Assembly: GCA_965645245.1 (NCBI GenBank)
Contig: OZ287088.1
Location: forward strand, 558,001 to 622,000
Source of the DNA: Massalongia carnosa
Lineage: Eukaryota
Direction: 5' to 3'
Length of the DNA: 64,000 nucleotides
The notes below the pieces were generated by a model, which was not told the origin of the DNA, searched no databases, and saw only the letters and a list, made by a program, of their open reading frames with translations. The position numbers and the translations under genes are program-made. Below are positions 60,970 through 64,000 of the stretch, piece after piece. The stretch's first letter is position 1; every line of letters starts with the position of its first letter.

Positions 60970-63900
60970 TTTGCTTCCGTTCGTCCAAACACGCAATGTA
61001 TTAATTGTCAGAAATTTGGACATAAGCATTATCAATGCAAAAGTCCGGCAAAATGCAATATATTCGCACAAAGTCATGAAACGCATAATCATGAATGCAC
61101 AACATGCAAGTCTAAAATCGCATGCGCACATGCAATTCTGAAATGCGTCAATTGCAACAAAAATCATCAATCGAACGATATAGGTTGCGAAATGTTTATC
61201 TCGCTAAATCCTAGAAAATCGAATGATGAATTAATGCTTGGTTAATGGCGGGACAACATTCGTTGACAAATATCGAAAATAAATAAAAATGTCAAATTTA
61301 TTCAACATAATTGTGCAAAGTCAACGAATGCAATGATTTCGTGTCTGGAATATGCAGTATTAAATCGTGTTGATATTGTTTTATTTCAGGAACCATGGAC
61401 GCGAGATCAAAAAACAATTTCCCATCCGTCATTCACATGTATTATGCCGAAAATAGCGACTTATCGGCCGAGAGTAGCTATATTCGTTACAAAATGCAAT
61501 CCAAAATTACAATGCACGCCTAGAACGGATCTTATAAACGATACTGATCTGCAAATTATCGAAATTACAATTGATGAAGTTCGAAAAGTGCAGATCTTTA
61601 ACCTTTACAATGAAAAAAGTCTAAACGATCGAGAAACATATACAATCGATCGACTTTTAGTTAAATATCAACCTATATCAACTGATCAATTTGTCATATG
61701 AGGAGATTTCAATGCACATCATAGCTGGTGGAATTCGAAGATTCAAAATGCAATTCGATCAGAAAATCTAGTCAAATGGTTAAAATTAAACAAATGTAGT
61801 TTGATAAATACGCCTGATCTATATACATTTTTTGCTCATTCAGGAAATTCTTCATCTATTATTGATTTAACATTTGCAAATTCTAAAATCGAAAACGCAA
61901 TTACAAATTGGTCAATCGATGAAAACGCAGTCACGGGTTCAGATCATGAAGTTATTCGATTTGAACTTATCGCGTCTTTCAAGAACTTGACGTCACACGC
62001 AACCGCATTATCGAATAAATACAACTGCAATAAAGCCGATTGGGATAAATTCGCGAAGTTTCTAGACGAAAATGAAGTAAACTACGAGTCCCAAATACAA
62101 AGTCTATTGAACAATTATCAATTTGATGAATCAGCGTTATATTTGCAAAACGTTATCAAAAACGCGGCTGAAATGTTTATTCCGAAGACAAAAATATGCG
62201 CAAAATCGAAAAATTGGGGGTCGCAAGATTTATCCGGACTTCGAAAAATCATGTGTAGACATCGTCGAGAATGGAAGAATAATCCGTCCTATTTTAGTCA
62301 TCAATCATTTAGACATAGTCGAATCGAGTACTTTCATGCAATTCGAAAAGCGAAACAGCAAACTTGGTTGGCTTTCCTCGAAAACGCAGCGAATAAAGAC
62401 GTATTTACAGCTTATAAATACACTAAACCGCGCATGTTCGAAAAAATACCACCTATTCAATATGAAAATAAGTTAAATGTTCAATTCGATCACAAATGCG
62501 ATGCGTTTGTGTCAGCAATGTACACAAAAAACCCGTTCACGGATGATAATATTGAAGATTTAACGAATCAAGACAGCGAAAATGACAACAATGGCCGAAT
62601 TTAACCGAAAATGAATAGCAAAATGCGATTAGTTTGTTTAATCCATAGAAATCATGTGGACCTGATGCAATCAATTTCACAATAATTCAAAAATCGTTTC
62701 AACCATTGAAAAACGTGTTTTTTACTATTTATTCTAAGTTTATACACATCGGTTTTCACCCGTTATGTTGGCGAACAGGACTCGGTGCTGTTTTAAAAAA
62801 ACCTAATAAACCAGACTACTCGCTGCCAAAATCATATCGAATTAGTACATTACTGAATTTTCTTGGTAAAATTGCGGAGAAAATAGTTGCTAATCGACTA
62901 GCCTACCTCGGCGAAAATTCGAGCTCGTTAGATACCGAACAAATGGGCGGACGGAAAAATCATTCTGCAATCGATGCGGTAATGAACGTCGTTCATGATA
63001 TCGAAATCGCAAACCGAAACAAAAACGTTTTATCATGTCTATTATTCGATGTCAAAGGAGCATTTGACTTTGTTTCGATTAATCAATTGCTAAATGTCAT
63101 GAAAAAGCTGCATTTATCTCGCATAGTTATTCAATGGGTCAAGCATTTTATGACAAAACGATCGATCAATTTGATATTCGATGAACACAAAAGCAAAACG
63201 TACTATATCGAATCTGGAATTCCACAAGGTTCACCAATTTCGCCAATTCTATTTCTGATTTATATTCGTTACTTATTTCCGAAAATACGAATGAAATTCA
63301 ATGCTCATTCACCTAGCTTTATAGACGATGTTGCAATATATGTCGAAAATAAACTGCCACACAGAATTGCAAAGAAATCGAAATTATCGTCAAAACAGCT
63401 TTTGATTGGGCCGCAACGAATAATGTCAAATTTGATGACGACAAATCTGAGTTGATTCACTTCGAAAAGTCAAGAAATGCATCAAAAGACAAAGTGCAAT
63501 TACCAAACGGGACAATACTAGAACCGAAAAATTCTGTCAAATGGTTAGGAGTCTGGTTAGACCGAAAACTAAATTACAAAAAACACCTCGAAACGCGAAT
63601 TGCTTCTGCAAATCGATCGTTTTTCGCAATTCAAAATTTGATGAAGTCTGAATGGGGACTAAAGCCAACTGCATGCAGACAGCTCTATCTGTCATGTATT
63701 ATTCCTATTTCGGACTATGGCTCAGAAATCTGGTATAACGGTCAAAAGAAATATGAAAAGCTATTTCAGAATCTGCAAAATCGAATTATTCGAAAGATTT
63801 TAGGCACATTCAAAACCACGCCTGTTCAGGCGATGGAAATTGAATTGCATATTTTACCAGCCAAGCTACGATTGTTGATGAAAAATCAAAAATACGCAAT

Positions 63901-64000
63901 TCGATTATTGAAGATTGCCGAAAATAATCCTATTTGTCAAAGATTTCGCAGTACCTATTCTGTGAAATTCGAAAAGATCGGTTTTGACACTAGTTTATGG
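60970..64000 (+). mobile_element. Second LINE-A2 segment, restarting in ORF1 (equivalent to ~56443) and running off the right edge
   Basis: Near-identical to 56443-59475; shares the TGA at 61699-61701. Confidence 0.92.

Overview
Gene-free eukaryotic transposon nest, most likely from a filamentous ascomycete. The intact, CpA-rich repeats suggest a host without RIP, such as a powdery mildew (inference). I found no host protein-coding gene. Contents: (1) three Ty3/Gypsy LTR retrotransposons, all on the minus strand: one cut by the window edge (1-~4.7k), one young, nearly intact chromovirus (18139-24698, 529-bp LTRs, CCTAT TSD), and one decayed copy (28504-~34620). (2) Two Tad1-like LINE families. 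Family B has no recognisable RNase H, and one copy is split by a clean ~10.4-kb inversion. Family A carries an RNase H and has about 11 copies or fragments; it fills 35.7-64 kb as same-strand self-insertions with 13-16-bp TSDs. (3) Solo LTRs of three families, a TA-flanked MITE, a 1.3-kb minisatellite and a mitochondrial-type tRNA-Phe copy. The most unusual signal is the ~1.9-kb non-coding leader (53393-55287) upstream of a family-A ORF1. It holds four covarying three-way-junction modules, each with a tRNA-type T-loop hairpin and an AGUCAUCR loop. Two of these modules cap long rods with repeated internal-loop motifs, and a tetraloop-rich domain follows. All structures were paired by eye, and no database search was run.
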